The notes: a model not told the origin generated them from the sequence alone. DNA of 64,000 bases from Octopus vulgaris (GCA_951406725.2 OX597833.1:7006001-7070000), one strand, 5' to 3'. Shown: positions 26,960 through 41,322, numbered from the stretch's first letter. Numbers and translations are program-made.

Positions 26960-27270
26960 GACGCGTGGCTTAGTGGTTAACACATTCGGTTCACGATCGT
27001 AAGTCATGAGTTCGAAAACCGGCGGCGCGTTGTGTCCTTGAGCAAGACACTTTACTTCACGTTGCTCCATTCCACTCAGCTGGCAAAAATGAGTTGTACC
27101 AGTAATTCAAAGGGACCAGCCTTGTCACGTTCAGTGAATCTTCCTGAGAACTACGTTAAAGGCACCCGTGTCTGTGGAGTACTCAGCCACCTTTGCGTTA
27201 ATTTCATGAGAATGTTCTTCCGTCGATCCGATCGACTGGAGCAATCATCGTCGTAACCGACGGAGTGCCA
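26960..27270 (+). mobile_element. tRNA-derived SINE with a CORE-like box and a family C tail
   Basis: GTGGCTTAGTGGTTAA..GAGTTCGAAAACC..TGTGTCCTTGAGCAAGACACTT, then the same tail as 24790-24935. Confidence 0.8.
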
Positions 27271-27645
27271 GTTGTTGTTGTTATTGTTGCTGTTGTTGGT
27301 GCTGTAATTTCTGTGTGCGCCAATTCTGTGTGTGTGTATCTATGTGTGTGTTTGTGCTACGTGTGTGTGTGTGTGTGTGCTCGTGTGTATGTGTGTGTGT
27401 GTGTGCGCTCGTGTGTGTATGCGTGTGTGAGCATGCTCATATGTGCGTGTGCGTGTATGTGTATATGTGTGCTCGTGCATGTGTGCGCACGCGCGTACGT
27501 GTGTGTTTGTGTGTGTTCATGTGTATTTGCGTTTGTGTTGTGTGTGTGTGTGCCCTTATGTATTTGCGTTTGTGTTGTGTGTGTGTGTGTGTGATGTGTG
27601 TGTGTGCATACATGCACGCACTTTCACGAATGCACGTGTGTGTAA

Positions 27646-27683
<38 letters not shown>

Positions 27684-28490
27684 GTGTGTGTGTGTGTGTG
27701 TGCCTCTATAAACACGCGTGTGTTTGAGTGCATATATGTCTGCTGTATGAATACCGCGTCGTATGTTTGTATAAAGACGTGTGCGTAGATGACGTAAGGG
27801 GCCTTTATAGGAGGAGATTCTAAACGCGCCAACGGACTCACTCTCTCCGACAGACGAGTAATCCAAGAGATTGGTTCTGACACCAAAATGTCAGGAATAC
27901 ACAAATACACCAATCACACCTTTAACCGCCCAGAATGAAATCTTTATACATCATCACCTAATTAGTTCCCTGGCGTTTATATCATCACCATCATTACCTC
28001 CACCACCACCACCACCACCACCACCACCACCACACCATCATCATCATCATCATCATTGATATTATTATTATACTCAGGATCATTATCCAAACACTGGTAA
28101 CATTGTTCCACAGCTGTAATGTACTCCATTGCCTAATATCCATTCGTGTGTAAACTGATGCGCATCGTAATATCGCAGGAATAATATCTACCTCTCTGAT
28201 AATGGCCAGTGGGGAAGCAGAATTTTAAAGGTAACGATGATGATAATGAAAGTGTTAATCAATGAAATTAAGATTTAATACACTGATGTGGCCTGTATGG
28301 TAGTTGAGACTATAGGTGGTTTTAACTGGAGATAATTAAAATATTTTTAATTAACCAAGGGAGATAAAAACCTAAAAGGATAACGCAGGAAAATGATTTG
28401 ATGCACTAGTGTTGCAATTAATTAATATTTGGATAAATATTGTTGTGAGAAGGGAAGAGCAGTCTACTGCTTGGTAAACAGAGATGATTA

Positions 28491-28531
28491 CTTCAGGCAT
28501 GTTTCGGTATTATTAAACCTCCTCAGCGAAG
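28491..28531 (-). ncRNA. Degenerate minimal hammerhead-like motif
   Basis: Minus strand: CTTCG CTGAGGA GGT TTAATAAT ACC GAAAC AT GCC TGAAG. The triplet is GCC rather than GUC. Confidence 0.45.
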
Positions 28532-28572
28532 GAGTGTCATGTGTTTGCTGGATTTATATATATATATACATT

Positions 28573-28614
<42 letters not shown>

Positions 28615-29238
28615 TACACACATATATATATATATATGCATATATGTATATACGAATGTATATCTGCATATAGGTGGTAGGTAGGTAGGTAGATAGTAGA
28701 CAAGTAGCTAGTAGTCCCCACCGACTACCTACCTCTCCCCTCCACCACTCTTTACCGTCCACTTCACCAATTCTACCTTTAAGTTTCCCTGCATCTTTAT
28801 CTGAATAGTCAGATATCTATCTCCCCCTCCTGAAGACGGGAGCTGGGTCTATCTAATGTTCATTTGCTCCCGTTACTGCTGAATTATGGTCGAGAACTGA
28901 TGAAGGAATCGAACTGATCTGGGCCTCTTCATCTTCCCCGATATATATCTATGTGTGTATGTGTGTGTGTGCGTGTGTGTGTGTGTTTCTCTGTGTGTGT
29001 GTATAGAGAAAGAGAGTGACTATACACGCATATCGCACATATACACACACTCAAAAGTATATGCACATATATACATACATAAAACACACACACATATATA
29101 TATATAATATAGAGAGAGATTCATACTTATATATTTTATATATATACATATATATGTGTGTGTGTGTGTACCAATATACATACATACATACATCATACAT
29201 ACATACATACACACATACATCATACATACATACATACA

Positions 29239-29272
<34 letters not shown>

Positions 29273-30261
29273 CATATCGCTAGAAAAAAGGGTCATAGCT
29301 GTTCTTGTGTCTCCTCTCATCTGAGAAAGACATAAAAGAAACAGTTGGGCCTCGGGAATGGATCTTGTTAATAATAATAATAATAATAATAATAATCAGA
29401 AGAAGAAGAAGAAGAAGAAAGTTGACGATTTTTATATGAGAGTAGGGGAGTAGCAGAAGCAAGAGTTTACAGAGAAAGGCTGGGGGTGCCAAGGGAATTC
29501 TCTCGAATATTGCTATTTATTTATTCTGTCCGACCCCTGGAGGAATTAATGATAGGTAAAATCAACAGTGGTGAGATTTGAACGCAAAACGTGAAGATAA
29601 TAACAAGATTTAATCCAAACACATCCTCCTCTTCCCCGACGCCCTCTTCCACCAAACTATTTATAATTCCATTTTCACTAGAAATTTGTCCAAGTTCTAT
29701 AAAGTTAGAGAATCGTTTAAATCGATATTAGGATGGCATACAACATGGGTTGACGTGTTAAATATCTATTTAGAAAGACCATGGTATATTACTGGTACCC
29801 GTATAGCGACTGTTCTTATTCCGGAATGTTAAGCACAAAAGAAAAATAGCGAAATGTCTGCGAAACTCTTAGAGTCTAAGACGAGGAATATTTATTTTCT
29901 GTTATCTTTGAGGGTACCAAGTTGATATGTGGGTAGCTAAACACACACACACACTCACACACACACATACACAAATACATACACACACATGTTAGAATAT
30001 ATAGATGCATACAGACGCGCGTGCGCACACTTATTCGAAATCTTACATATAAACATATACGTAGAGATAACTTCCAGCGTACGCACATACACACATAAAC
30101 ACATAGGCGCATACGCATACATATATACACACACACACACACATACACATACACGTTTAATCACATAAACACATAAACAGACATACACAGCCACACATAA
30201 ACTCATGTACACACATATGTATAAACATATTAGGTACAAGTACACACACAGCTACACAAAG

Positions 30262-30306
<45 letters not shown>

Positions 30307-30388
30307 CACGCACACACACATGACCACTGAAGCACACACATATACACACTTATACATAAACACAGACAGAAACACGCACACATAAACG

Positions 30389-30434
<46 letters not shown>

Positions 30435-30825
30435 CATACACATATAGGCATACTTCGAAAGCTGGAGTATAAACACACCCACCGACAAGAGTAGTAGGCC
30501 ACCGCGCCACTGGGCCACCACGCCCACCGACCAACATACGACTTGTGTCAGAACCATCACAACTCGACTACGACTACCACCACCACTACTACCACCACCA
30601 CTACTACTACTGCTGCTGCTTCTTTATCTAACAGGTCTTAAGTTTTAGTTACTAACACTAATAGTTAAATGTGTGTGTATAGGTGTATGTGTGAGTGCGT
30701 ATATATTTGTGTGTGTGTGTGTATGAGTATCTGTGTGTGTGTGTGTGTGTGTGTGTACACGAGGCGGTGCCCCAGCATGGCCGCAATCTAATGACTGAAA
30801 CAAATAAAAGCATAAAACAAAACGA

Positions 30826-30856
<31 letters not shown>

Positions 30857-31045
30857 CAACACACACTTGCACACTCAAACACACATATTTATAGACACAC
30901 ACACACACATGCTTACATAAGTATGCGTATATGCAAGCATATACATACACATATACACACATATAATAAATATATACTTATACAAACATATGTGTCTGCG
31001 TATGCACGGGTATATAGGCGCGTGTCCATAGATATATATACATAC

Positions 31046-31104
<59 letters not shown>

Positions 31105-31177
31105 GAGAGAGAGGGGGGAAGAGATAGATAGGCACACACACACATATACTTATGTATGTATGTATGTATGTATGTGT

Positions 31178-31250
<73 letters not shown>

Positions 31251-31960
31251 CAGACACACACACAGTCACTATATAAAATGTATAAAAAGCAGAAAGCGAT
31301 AGGGAAGAGTTTATCATTAAGATGGCGCAAAGATCGGTGTGTGTGGGGGTGGGGGATGGGGGTGGGGGATGGGGGTATCTTTATGGAGGAGAGGGGACTC
31401 GGGGTGGGGGCGGGCGTAGTTGTTTTTGTTGCTGTCTATGGTGATGGCGGTGGTGGCGGTGGTGGTGGTGGTAGAAGTGATGCTGCAAGAGTATGGTGGA
31501 TGGTGGTGGGGTGGGGAGGCCTTACCCCCGGTGGTATGGCACAGAGAACCAGTCAAGAAGTGAGCAAGAGGACGGGGGGAAGACTAGGTTTAGTTCTAAG
31601 AGATTTAGGGGTCATAAGGAGGAGGGGGAGGAGGAGGAGAAGGAGGAGGAGGAGAAGGAGGAGGAGGAGGTGAGGGATAGATGAGATGACATAGCATGAG
31701 ATGGGAATAGTGGTGGGTGGGGGGTAGGAGAAGGTAACAAGAGGAGGCGGTGGAGGAGGAAGATGAAGAAAAAAACATTAGTTACAGTATGATACTGATA
31801 GTAGTAGTAGTAGTAGTAGTATAAGCCCAACAGATATATACACACACGCATATATATATACACATATATATTTGTATATATTTCTATTTATATATACATA
31901 CAGACATTCGAAGGTATGTGTGTGCACGCGCGAGTGTGTATGAATATATGTGTATTTGTA

Positions 31961-32066
<106 letters not shown>

Positions 32067-32068
32067 CG

Positions 32069-32100
<32 letters not shown>

Positions 32101-32517
32101 TATATATATGTATATATATACATATATGCACATATATATATATACACATACAGACACACACACATATGTATATACGTATATCATTGTAATAAAGATATAT
32201 AGACAGTGTCACACTTATATGCATGTTTGTGTATATGTGTGCGTGCGTAAATGTATGTGTGTATGTACATATATATATATGCATACATATACGTACTTGT
32301 ATTTACATGTAAGTGCACACACACACACACACACACATACACACACTCACATACACACACACAAATATACATGCATGCATACATACATCTACATATACAC
32401 ATGCAGGGCTCTAAGCACAGCTGAGCGCGCGCCTGGGTGTGCGTTTTTGTACATGCAGACTTCCATACATACATAGATACACACACACACACACACACAC
32501 ACAACATATGCATCCAT

Positions 32518-32553
<36 letters not shown>

Positions 32554-32844
32554 GTGTGTCTCAAGGCTACATCAGGCGGCATCAGCAATGATATTGAATA
32601 TCAGAAACCCACGTGCCCATGCAGGAGAGGAGAAACGGGTAGAGCAGAGAGGGATGGGGCGGGTGGGGGGGGGGGGGGGGCAGGGGTGGAATTGGTGGGA
32701 GAAGGGTGGAGGGTGGCGGTGTTCGGGGTAGAAATGCTGGAAGTCTTGATAATGCTAAGGGTGGAGATGGTGGTGGTGGTGGTGGTGGTGGTGACGGTGT
32801 TGTTGTGATAGTGTGACGGTAGTAGTAGTAGTAGTAGTAGTAGT

Positions 32845-32891
<47 letters not shown>

Positions 32892-33529
32892 TGGTGGTGG
32901 TGGTGGTGGTGGTGGTGGTGTAGGTGGTGGTGAATTGGGGTGGGAGTGATAATGGTGTCAGTGGTGGTGGTATGTGCTGATAGTGGGGGAAGTAGTAATA
33001 CTAGTGCATTCGTAGTGGTGGTGGTGGTGGTGGTGGTGGTGTTAGTGTAGTTGTTTGTTAATTAACTCCAGGCCGACCCTCGATGAACAGATTCACGATG
33101 GAAAGCACTTCCAGCCGTGGCCGTCCCTTCTTTCTTAAAGCATTGCGTATCTAGGAGTACATTCTGTTATGTGTCCTGTCGTTTTTCTTTAAGGCAGTGG
33201 TTGGCGGGGTGTGGTGGGGCAGAAGTGTTCTGTGGTGGCGGAGTGTAGGTAGCGGCGCAGTGGTTTGGTGTAAAAGCGTTGGGGTGGGTGGGGTGTCAAT
33301 GATGCTGCTTGGTATAAAAAGAAACGATTCCAAAAGTGTAAGCAGGGATAGGGGTGGGGAGTAGTGGTGGCGGTGGTAGTGGTGGTTTGCACAGGGGAGT
33401 GGTGATGATAAGGGTGGGGATGGTGGGAAGGGAGGTGGTGTGATGAGGGCTGAATGCTTGAAGAAAGATGAATAAAAACGGGTATAATGAAGATGAGGTG
33501 AGATGAAACTGTGAGGAACAGAGTGAGGG

Positions 33530-33985
33530 TATGATACGGGTAGAGGACGGGCAATGTAAGTTCGCTATAGACATGGATAATAGTTGGGCACAAGGATAGG
33601 CAATATAAGGGCGTGATAAGGGTGGATATAGCCGGGTAGAAGGACAGGCAACATAAGTGTGTACTAGGTATGGAAGATAGTTTGGTAGAAGGAAGGGAAA
33701 TAGTTGGGTAGAAGGTCATGCAGTATAAGGGCGTGATAGGGGTGGGAGATAGTCGGGTAGAAAGACAGGCAGTTGGCATGATAGGAGTGGGAGATAGTCG
33801 GGTAGAAAGACAGGTAGTATAATGGCGTGATAGGGGTGGGAGATAGTCGAGTAGAATGACAGGCACTATAAGAGTGTGCTAAATGTGTGAGATGGTCGGG
33901 TACAAGGACGGGAGAGAGTTGGGTTGAAGGACAGACAATATAAGGGTGCTATAAGGGTAGCTAATAGTCGGGTAGAGAATGTGTT
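33530..33985 (+). repeat. Degenerate ~40-60-bp minisatellite
   Basis: Recurring (GCGT)GATAGGGGTGGGAGATAGTCGGGTAGAAAGACAGGCA. Confidence 0.75.
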
Positions 33986-34083
33986 TGGGTAGTAAAAGTA
34001 TAGGAAATATCACACAACACTCATCCCAAGTGAAAAATGCTCGCATAACCACACATACAACTGTATGTAACAGCATACACACA

Positions 34084-34118
<35 letters not shown>

Positions 34119-34333
34119 GCTTACATAGGGATGTGCGTACAATGATGACGTCATTAAACCACTACACCCGTGAATATAACTGGTTTAAGATATCAAGGGT
34201 TAGGAATATGTTTTTTTTATTTTTTGCTTTTTTATTTATTTATTTTTTTTCGATTGTATTTTCATTATTACATGTATTTGTATATCACCAGATGTATGTC
34301 TGTATAGAAAGAAAAAAAGGCATTTGTTTAAAA

Positions 34334-34697
34334 CAGAAGTTCTCAACAGGGTCCACATGACCCTTAAGGGTCCACATAAGATTTTGTTGCTAAAATTTAT
34401 GTACAATAAATTGGTTATATTTCCACAAAACAAAAAATATTTGAACAATTTTTTAAAATATAATTCCTAATATTTAATTCTAAAAACATGGGCGACTGCT
34501 GTTCTTCCATAAACAACCTTGTCCGGACTTGAACCTAGGAAGGAAACTTTCTATGTGTAATCCCGTGGACATTCACGGCTGAAGGGGGTCTTTACCCTTT
34601 TTTTAAAAACATCAGATGGCTATGATGGTCCAACTCGGGTAAAATAGGAATGAAAGGGGTTCATAGGTAAAAAAAAAAAAATGGTTGGGGACCACTG
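34334..34697. mobile_element. hAT/Charlie-like MITE
   Basis: TIRs CAGAAGTTCTCAAC / GTTGGGGACCACTG; imperfect 8-bp TSD GTTTAAAA / ATTTAGAA, similar to the Charlie NTCTAGAN target. Confidence 0.65.
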
Positions 34698-34734
34698 ATT
34701 TAGAAGCAACAGAGGTGGGCTGCTGCTGCTGCGG

Positions 34735-34785
<51 letters not shown>

Positions 34786-35534
34786 TTGATGATGATGATG
34801 ATATCGTCGTTATCACCACTACAATCACAACACTCCAACAACAATAACACTATCACCACCACCACTACTACTACTACTACTATAAATGCCATCAACGTCA
34901 CCGCCTCAACCCGACACCAACACCACCACGACCATCACATCGACCAACGACTACAGAACTACCACCTCCATCACTACATCTCCCTCGCAACAACCAATAC
35001 CATCGCACCACGAAGACAACCACCACCACCACCACCCCTATTACAAGTACAGAAAATGATTCCAGTGGCAGTGTCAGGTTAGGGGTGGGGGTGGGGGAGA
35101 GAAATGGGGGAGAGAGTCGGGGTGGAGGGGACTCCTCGTCATAGGTAGGTTGGTATGCAAGATAGGGTGGTGGTGGTGGTGGTAGTGGTGGTGGTGGTCG
35201 TCGTCGTCGTCGTGGAGAGGAAGGGTCTGAAGAGAGAGGTTGAGAGAGAGAGAGAGAGAAGATAAATATAGAGGGATGAGAAGTTGGGTATGTAACCACA
35301 TCCCCACCGCCACCACCACCGCCACCGCCACCGCCACCCGGTTCCCCGCACCAGCACCCGAGACAAACAGCTGCACCCTTCATGTGTCTGCCATCATTTT
35401 TGAAATATGTTAGGAGTTCTCTTGAAGAAAATAGCAGAAGAAATATTACACACACATCTACAGACAACAAACGCGTGTGTATGTATATATACATACATAT
35501 ATATATATATATATATACGTATAGATATATGTGC

Positions 35535-35583
<49 letters not shown>

Positions 35584-35794
35584 TACATACACACATATAT
35601 ATATATATATACACACAAAAATGTATATATACGTATATATATACATATATATATAGGTATATATATATACAGCATTTTTAACATGGGTATATAAGTGTGT
35701 CTGCCTATTCGCACGTGTGTATTTCTACGTTTATAAATAAGTATGCCTGTATATATCTATACACAATCCTATACATACATGCATATGTATGTAT

Positions 35795-35827
<33 letters not shown>

Positions 35828-35828
35828 C

Positions 35829-35876
<48 letters not shown>

Positions 35877-36414
35877 GAGATAGATAGAGAGATAGATAGA
35901 TAGATATGAGATATCTGGGAAGGTAAACGGTGGGGTGGGTGGGGTGAGCAGCAAGGTGTAGATAAAGACCTACTTTTTATAACAATGTCCCTGCGAGGAT
36001 TACATGCCGTCCTGACATCAATCCAGCATCCCTACCACAACACCAACAACACCAACATTATCACCACCACCACCACCACTATAACCACTACCAACGCAAC
36101 CATCGTCGACATAGAGCGAAATCAGTTATAAGCCCCCCCGTCTCCACATATCAGCCACACCACCACAACCACCACCACCACTACCACAACCACCCTTAAT
36201 ACCCTGCCAAAAAAAAAAGCCCTACCCATTACCACACCATAACAATAAAACTTGGGGAACAATTTTCTCGTTTATTTTTACCTTCCATTTTTGATCCACG
36301 GCCCTTGACGAAGACGGCGTTTTCGGATTATCATACGATAGTCAAAGTAGTAATACTGCTAAATTAGCTTGGATTGAGCCAATTTCTTGCTTATACCAGT
36401 TAAATTACACACAC

Positions 36415-36477
<63 letters not shown>

Positions 36478-36487
36478 TAGATAGATA

Positions 36488-36797
36488 TGTTTCTTTATTA
36501 GCCACACAAGGCTGCACACAGACAGAACAAATTACAAGGTAGAGCTTTTCTTTTGGGGGTAAAAAAAGAAGGGGGTTGGTTTTCGATCAAAAGGGATCGT
36601 AAAAGGAAAGAAAGAGGACAAAAAAGGGGAGGATTTTAAAAAAAGAAGTGGGAGGGAAAAAAAGAAAAGGGGAGAGGAAAAAAAGTTGATCAATAGGGAT
36701 CGTAATCACAGAAATGTCAATATGAAGTGTAAAGGGGAGTACAGGTGAGGTTTACCCGTGGAAAGAAAAGCCTACGGAAAAGACCACGGTAACCTCG
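36488..36797 (-). mobile_element. 3' UTR-only copy of a Tx1/L1-clade retrotransposon, inserted in (GATA)n
   Basis: Matches 46861-47163; ends ...GGCTAATAAAGAAACA; GATA repeats on both flanks. Confidence 0.85.
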
Positions 36798-36799
36798 AC

Positions 36800-36870
<71 letters not shown>

Positions 36871-37498
36871 TGTGTGTGTGTGTGTGTGATGGCACGTGGC
36901 CTAGTCACCAGATTGGGTGTTCGATTCCCGGGTTCTAAAGCAAAATTCTTCATTTGACGTTGCTCTGCGGGTGGAGTGCGGCAGAACAGTTGGGGCGTCG
37001 GAATAAATGTTTTTAACGGTCTATCTTCCAGCTCTCTACATTCTGTGTTCAAATCCCACCCGCCTGGAGGGCAAACTACTCGAGTTTTCCTCCTCAAATC
37101 TCAAGTCTAGTCGTGAATGGCAGCGGATTGTTTAGGGAGTGCTAGAAAGGGTTAACAGGCACGGAATCTGCTCAATGGCAGAGCACCACTGGAAAATGTG
37201 TGTGTGAGTGAGTGTGCGTACGTGATATGTATGTATATCTATCTATTTATCTCTGTATATATATCAGCCGAAATTGCGAGGATGATCTAGTTCTTGACTG
37301 AGGATAGAAAGCTTCGAATTGTTTTTTTGTATCGTCTATCTGGATGTTTTGTTGTCCCTTTTTGTATCACCTAATTGTCCGGATGTTTTGCGTTCTTGTC
37401 CCATTTTGTACTTTATATATATATATATATACCGGAGTAAACACATAAATGTGAAACAAGGTGGAAAAAAGAGTACTCAAATACCAGTGGTAGAGTAA

Positions 37499-37657
37499 TA
37501 TACTTTATTTAAAGCAGCAGAAAATTCAACAAAACCTGTTACTCTGAGTTTCCCGTTGCCGTTCATCGGACAGTTTTTCTACCAAAACTGTCCGATGAAC
37601 GGTAACGGGAAACTCAGAGTAACAGGTTTTGTTGAATTTTCTGCTGCTTTAAATAAA

Positions 37658-37662
<5 letters not shown>
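37499..37662. repeat. Near-perfect ~160-bp fold-back palindrome (Penelope-type) between (TA)n runs
   Basis: TACTTTATTTAAAGCAGCAG...CGGACAGTTTT, short loop, AAAACTGTCCG...CTGCTGCTTTAAATAAAGTA; about one mismatch. Confidence 0.95.
37588..37625 (+). ncRNA. Minimal hammerhead-like motif, with an inverted copy at 37536-37573 on the minus strand
   Basis: CTGT CCGATGA A CG GTAA CG G GAAAC TCAGA GTA ACAG. Stem I is CTGT/ACAG, stem II is capped by GTAA (GCAA in the other arm), stem III is palindromic (ACTC-A-GAGT), triplet GUA. Confidence 0.6.
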
Positions 37663-37704
<42 letters not shown>

Positions 37705-37709
<5 letters not shown>

Positions 37710-38240
37710 AATGTCTGAGAAAACCGTTGAAAATCACCTGGCAAGACACGAAGGACTTCTCTTGAGCTGATCAGCCAAGCATTTACACACTGTTGTGGGG
37801 AAGGCAGGTCGGGTGGTCAAGCCACCTCGTTCGAATGCCAAACACACGACTACCCAAAAGACTGTTTTACAGTGAATTGGCAGAAGATAACCACGCTCAG
37901 GGTGGATAAAAAAGAAAAGAGCGCTTCAAAGATACACTTGAAGCCTCAATGAAGCACTTTGGGATCAACCCTGACAGCGGGAAAATGCAGACACAGGACC
38001 GCTCTGCCTGGCGTATCTGTACCAACAGATGTGCCCCTTCTTACAAACAGAACAGGATTGCAGGAACACGTGAGCTGTGCAGAGCCAACCCCTTGCCTTC
38101 ACTTACGGCAGACCACCACTGCCCGAAGAGCCTTCTCAGTACGCATCGGACAGACCGGCCACAGTCGGACGCACCGTGATCCCTCTTCTCCTCTCACGTG
38201 TTGTCCTTGGTCAGCATCGACAGCAACGGACGAACATCAT
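37705..38240 (+). mobile_element. RTE-clade LINE 3' fragment
   Basis: CLRKPLKITWQD, WSSHLVRMPNTRLPKRLFYSEL and RFKDTLEASMKHFGI..QDRSAWR match the C-terminus of RTE reverse transcriptases. Confidence 0.85.
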
Positions 38241-39324
38241 GTATGTATGTATGTATGTATGTATGTATGTATGTATGTATGTATGTATGTATGAATGTAT
38301 GTATGTATGTATGTATGTATGTATGTATGTGTGTGGTGCCTGAGTGACGTCATCAAAAGCGAACACATTCTAAGTGGTCTCATTCAAAAATGTAGTTCTT
38401 TGGGGCTTTTAAATTTTCGTACGAAGTCTATTTCTGTTCCTTTTGTTCCTTTCTCTCTCTCTTTCTCTCTCTCTTTCTCTTCCTCCCTCTCTCCCTTTCT
38501 CTTTCTCTCTCTCTCTTTTCCCCTCCCCTCTCTACTCCATGTATCTCTCTCTATCTCTCTCTCTGCCCGCTACCACTTTTCTCCCTCCTACTCCTGACAC
38601 GTAAGCAGTGGTCATCGTCATCTCTTATTCTCTCTCTCCTCTCCTTTTCACGCCGACCGCCGAAGCGGTTGGTCGTCTTTTCTCTCGTCTCCCACTTTCA
38701 ATTCGTTTCCCTGTTTCACTGTTGCCCTTTTATTTCTGATCCTTTAGGATATTCCTCTTGGCGTTAACCCCATATTCCGTCTCCTGTCTGGCCCTAAGGC
38801 CGTGCCCTGTTTATTTATTTCAGTTCGTTCGTATGTCCACACTTTGGCTTGCTGGCTTTCATCTTTGTCCCTCGTTTGTCCACCAATGGCCTCGTCTTGA
38901 ACCACTTTTATTTCGTGTTTGTATGTTAAATTTCTGTACTGCATATTTGTTTATTTATTGTTTGTTTGTTCCCTTTCTGTCATGTCTGGTCCCTTGTTCG
39001 TTAGTTCGCCATCACCCGACAGTTTCTTGCTGTTGGCGTCACTAGATGGGTTCAATATTATCGTTGAAGGCGCAAAATTTCTTTGATCCTCTGACCGATA
39101 ACTGATGAGGATTTGACGATCTTCTGTGTTCGGTTTTCCGTTTGTTTGTGTATTTATTATGTCTTTTAACTTACCATACATCCCCCCACACACACACGCA
39201 CACATACATATACATATACATATATATATTGGTGCCTTGTAGTCTCACTAATCTATATTTATATTTATAAATATATATATATATATATACACATCCATAT
39301 ATATATGTATGTGTGTATATATAC

Positions 39325-39382
<58 letters not shown>

Positions 39383-39532
39383 TTCGATAGGAGAATGAAT
39401 TATTCTGTTTATCGTCAACATGGAAAATTCGATGAACCGATACCAGGGTAGCAAATTCACGTCAGAAACACGGTTGAAGCGACCTGTCCAAGGGTAGAAA
39501 CTCCGGGTTCATGTGCAGAAATTTGTGTGTTG

Positions 39533-39642
39533 TATATGAATAAATAAATGAATGGATTTGAACGAAGATGTTAACAAAATTACTTTACTCGAGAGTAAAG
39601 GAATTTTGTTAACATCTTCGTTCGACTCCATTCATTTATTTA

Positions 39643-39650
<8 letters not shown>
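39533..39650. repeat. ~118-bp fold-back palindrome of the 20166-family tail
   Basis: TATATGAATAAATAAATGAATGG..CTTTACTC GA GAGTAAAG..CCATTCATTTATTTATTCATATA. Confidence 0.92.
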
Positions 39651-39684
<34 letters not shown>

Positions 39685-39696
39685 GGAATACAAAAA

Positions 39697-39903
39697 ATGG
39701 GACGAGAACGCAAAACATCCAGACAGATGATACAAAAAAGGAACAAGAAAAAACACGGACGGGTCATTCGGAGTTTTTTTTCCTCGGTCGAGTTCCAGAT
39801 TATTTTTACTGAGGAAAGAAAACTTCGAATGACCCGTCCTTGTTTTTTCTTGTCCCTTTTTTGTATCATCTGACTGTCTGGATGTTTTGCGTTCTTGTCC
39901 CAT
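39697..39903. repeat. Inverted repeat (arms ~39697-39790 and ~39807-39903), related to 37290-37410
   Basis: ATGGGACGAGAACGCAAAACATCCAGACAG versus CTGTCTGGATGTTTTGCGTTCTTGTCCCAT; lies next to a (TA)n run. Confidence 0.85.
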
Positions 39904-41117
39904 ATACATATGTGTGTGTGCGTGTGTGTGTGTGAGTGCGTGAATTTGTGTGAGTGTGTGTGAGTGTGTGTGCGTGTGTGTATAAGTAATGTTTATCGTC
40001 ACTTGACCATGGCCGTTTCGTAGGCACCGACGTTACTGCTATTTTTAACCCCAGGAGGACGCCTTATTCACCTGGTTATTCTATGTAAACTGCACCCAAT
40101 ATATATTGCTAGCAGGGGAGTGAACCCCTACCATCTTCCAGCCACGAGAACTCCAGACCATACAGTTTCGACCTTTCTGTGGTCATCCTCGGTGGTCGAT
40201 GTGTATGTGTGTGTGGTGTAAATGTTTGCTTTAGTTATGATAAGACGAACTTTACGTTAAATTCCAGGATTACTCAATACATTTGGGAGAGTATAAATTT
40301 ATTAATCTTTAACAAGAATTTAGTTTTAACAGGGAATAGGTTGTTTCAGCTCGCTTAAACTTCGAAGTCCCTGCCAATATTACACTTCTTATATATTATA
40401 ATGGCCGGGCAATTTGTATCTGATCGTTCAACCAACCATCTGGCCAGCTCTACTGGATCAGTACCGACCTGGGGCTGTACAATAACAACGTTGACTATAT
40501 CACTCGGGTGGTTAAAGCAACGCTACCACCACTTTAACAACACTGCATCTACCCTTAATCTCCCCACTACCAGTACTATCACTACTACTACTACTACTAC
40601 TAGTACTACTACTACTACTACTAACATCATTAGTTAAAACACTAGCACCGAAACACTACACCAACATTTTCCACAGGATGTTTCATTCATGATAAAGCAA
40701 CAGCTTACACACACACGCACACACACGCACACACACGCACACACACACACACGCACGCGCGCACACACACACACAGACACACACACGCACACACGCACAC
40801 ACACGAGTTATCTGAATGCAAGCGAGTGCTTCACTGGAGACGGGTACCTAAATATAGCACTGCCCCACCCCCACCTTAACCACCACCACCATCTTCATCA
40901 TCCTCATCCTCATCACCATCATCATCATCATCATCAACACCATTACCGTCAGCATCTCCACAGCCCTCTTCCACCACCGCCGCCACCACCACCACCATCT
41001 TCATCATCTTCATCAGTTAGTGTTGGAGCATCGCTGAATCTAAGACAAAGGCAGGCATCTCTCACACACACACACACACACACAAAACATACACACTTGC
41101 ACACATAAACATGTAGT

Positions 41118-41169
<52 letters not shown>

Positions 41170-41236
41170 CACACTGCCAGACACGTATACAGAGATATAC
41201 GTGCTTTGTCCATGCAGGTCTCTTTCTTTCTTTCCT

Positions 41237-41270
<34 letters not shown>

Positions 41271-41322
41271 TTTCTTTCTTCCTTTCTTTCTTCCTTTCTT
41301 TCTTTCTTTCCTTTCTTTCTTC

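Noticed and set aside
39809-39840. Hammerhead motif in the 37290/39697 family (CTGAGGA..CGAAT)
   Set aside because: It lacks the GAAA core and a convincing stem I or III; recorded only as an inverted repeat.
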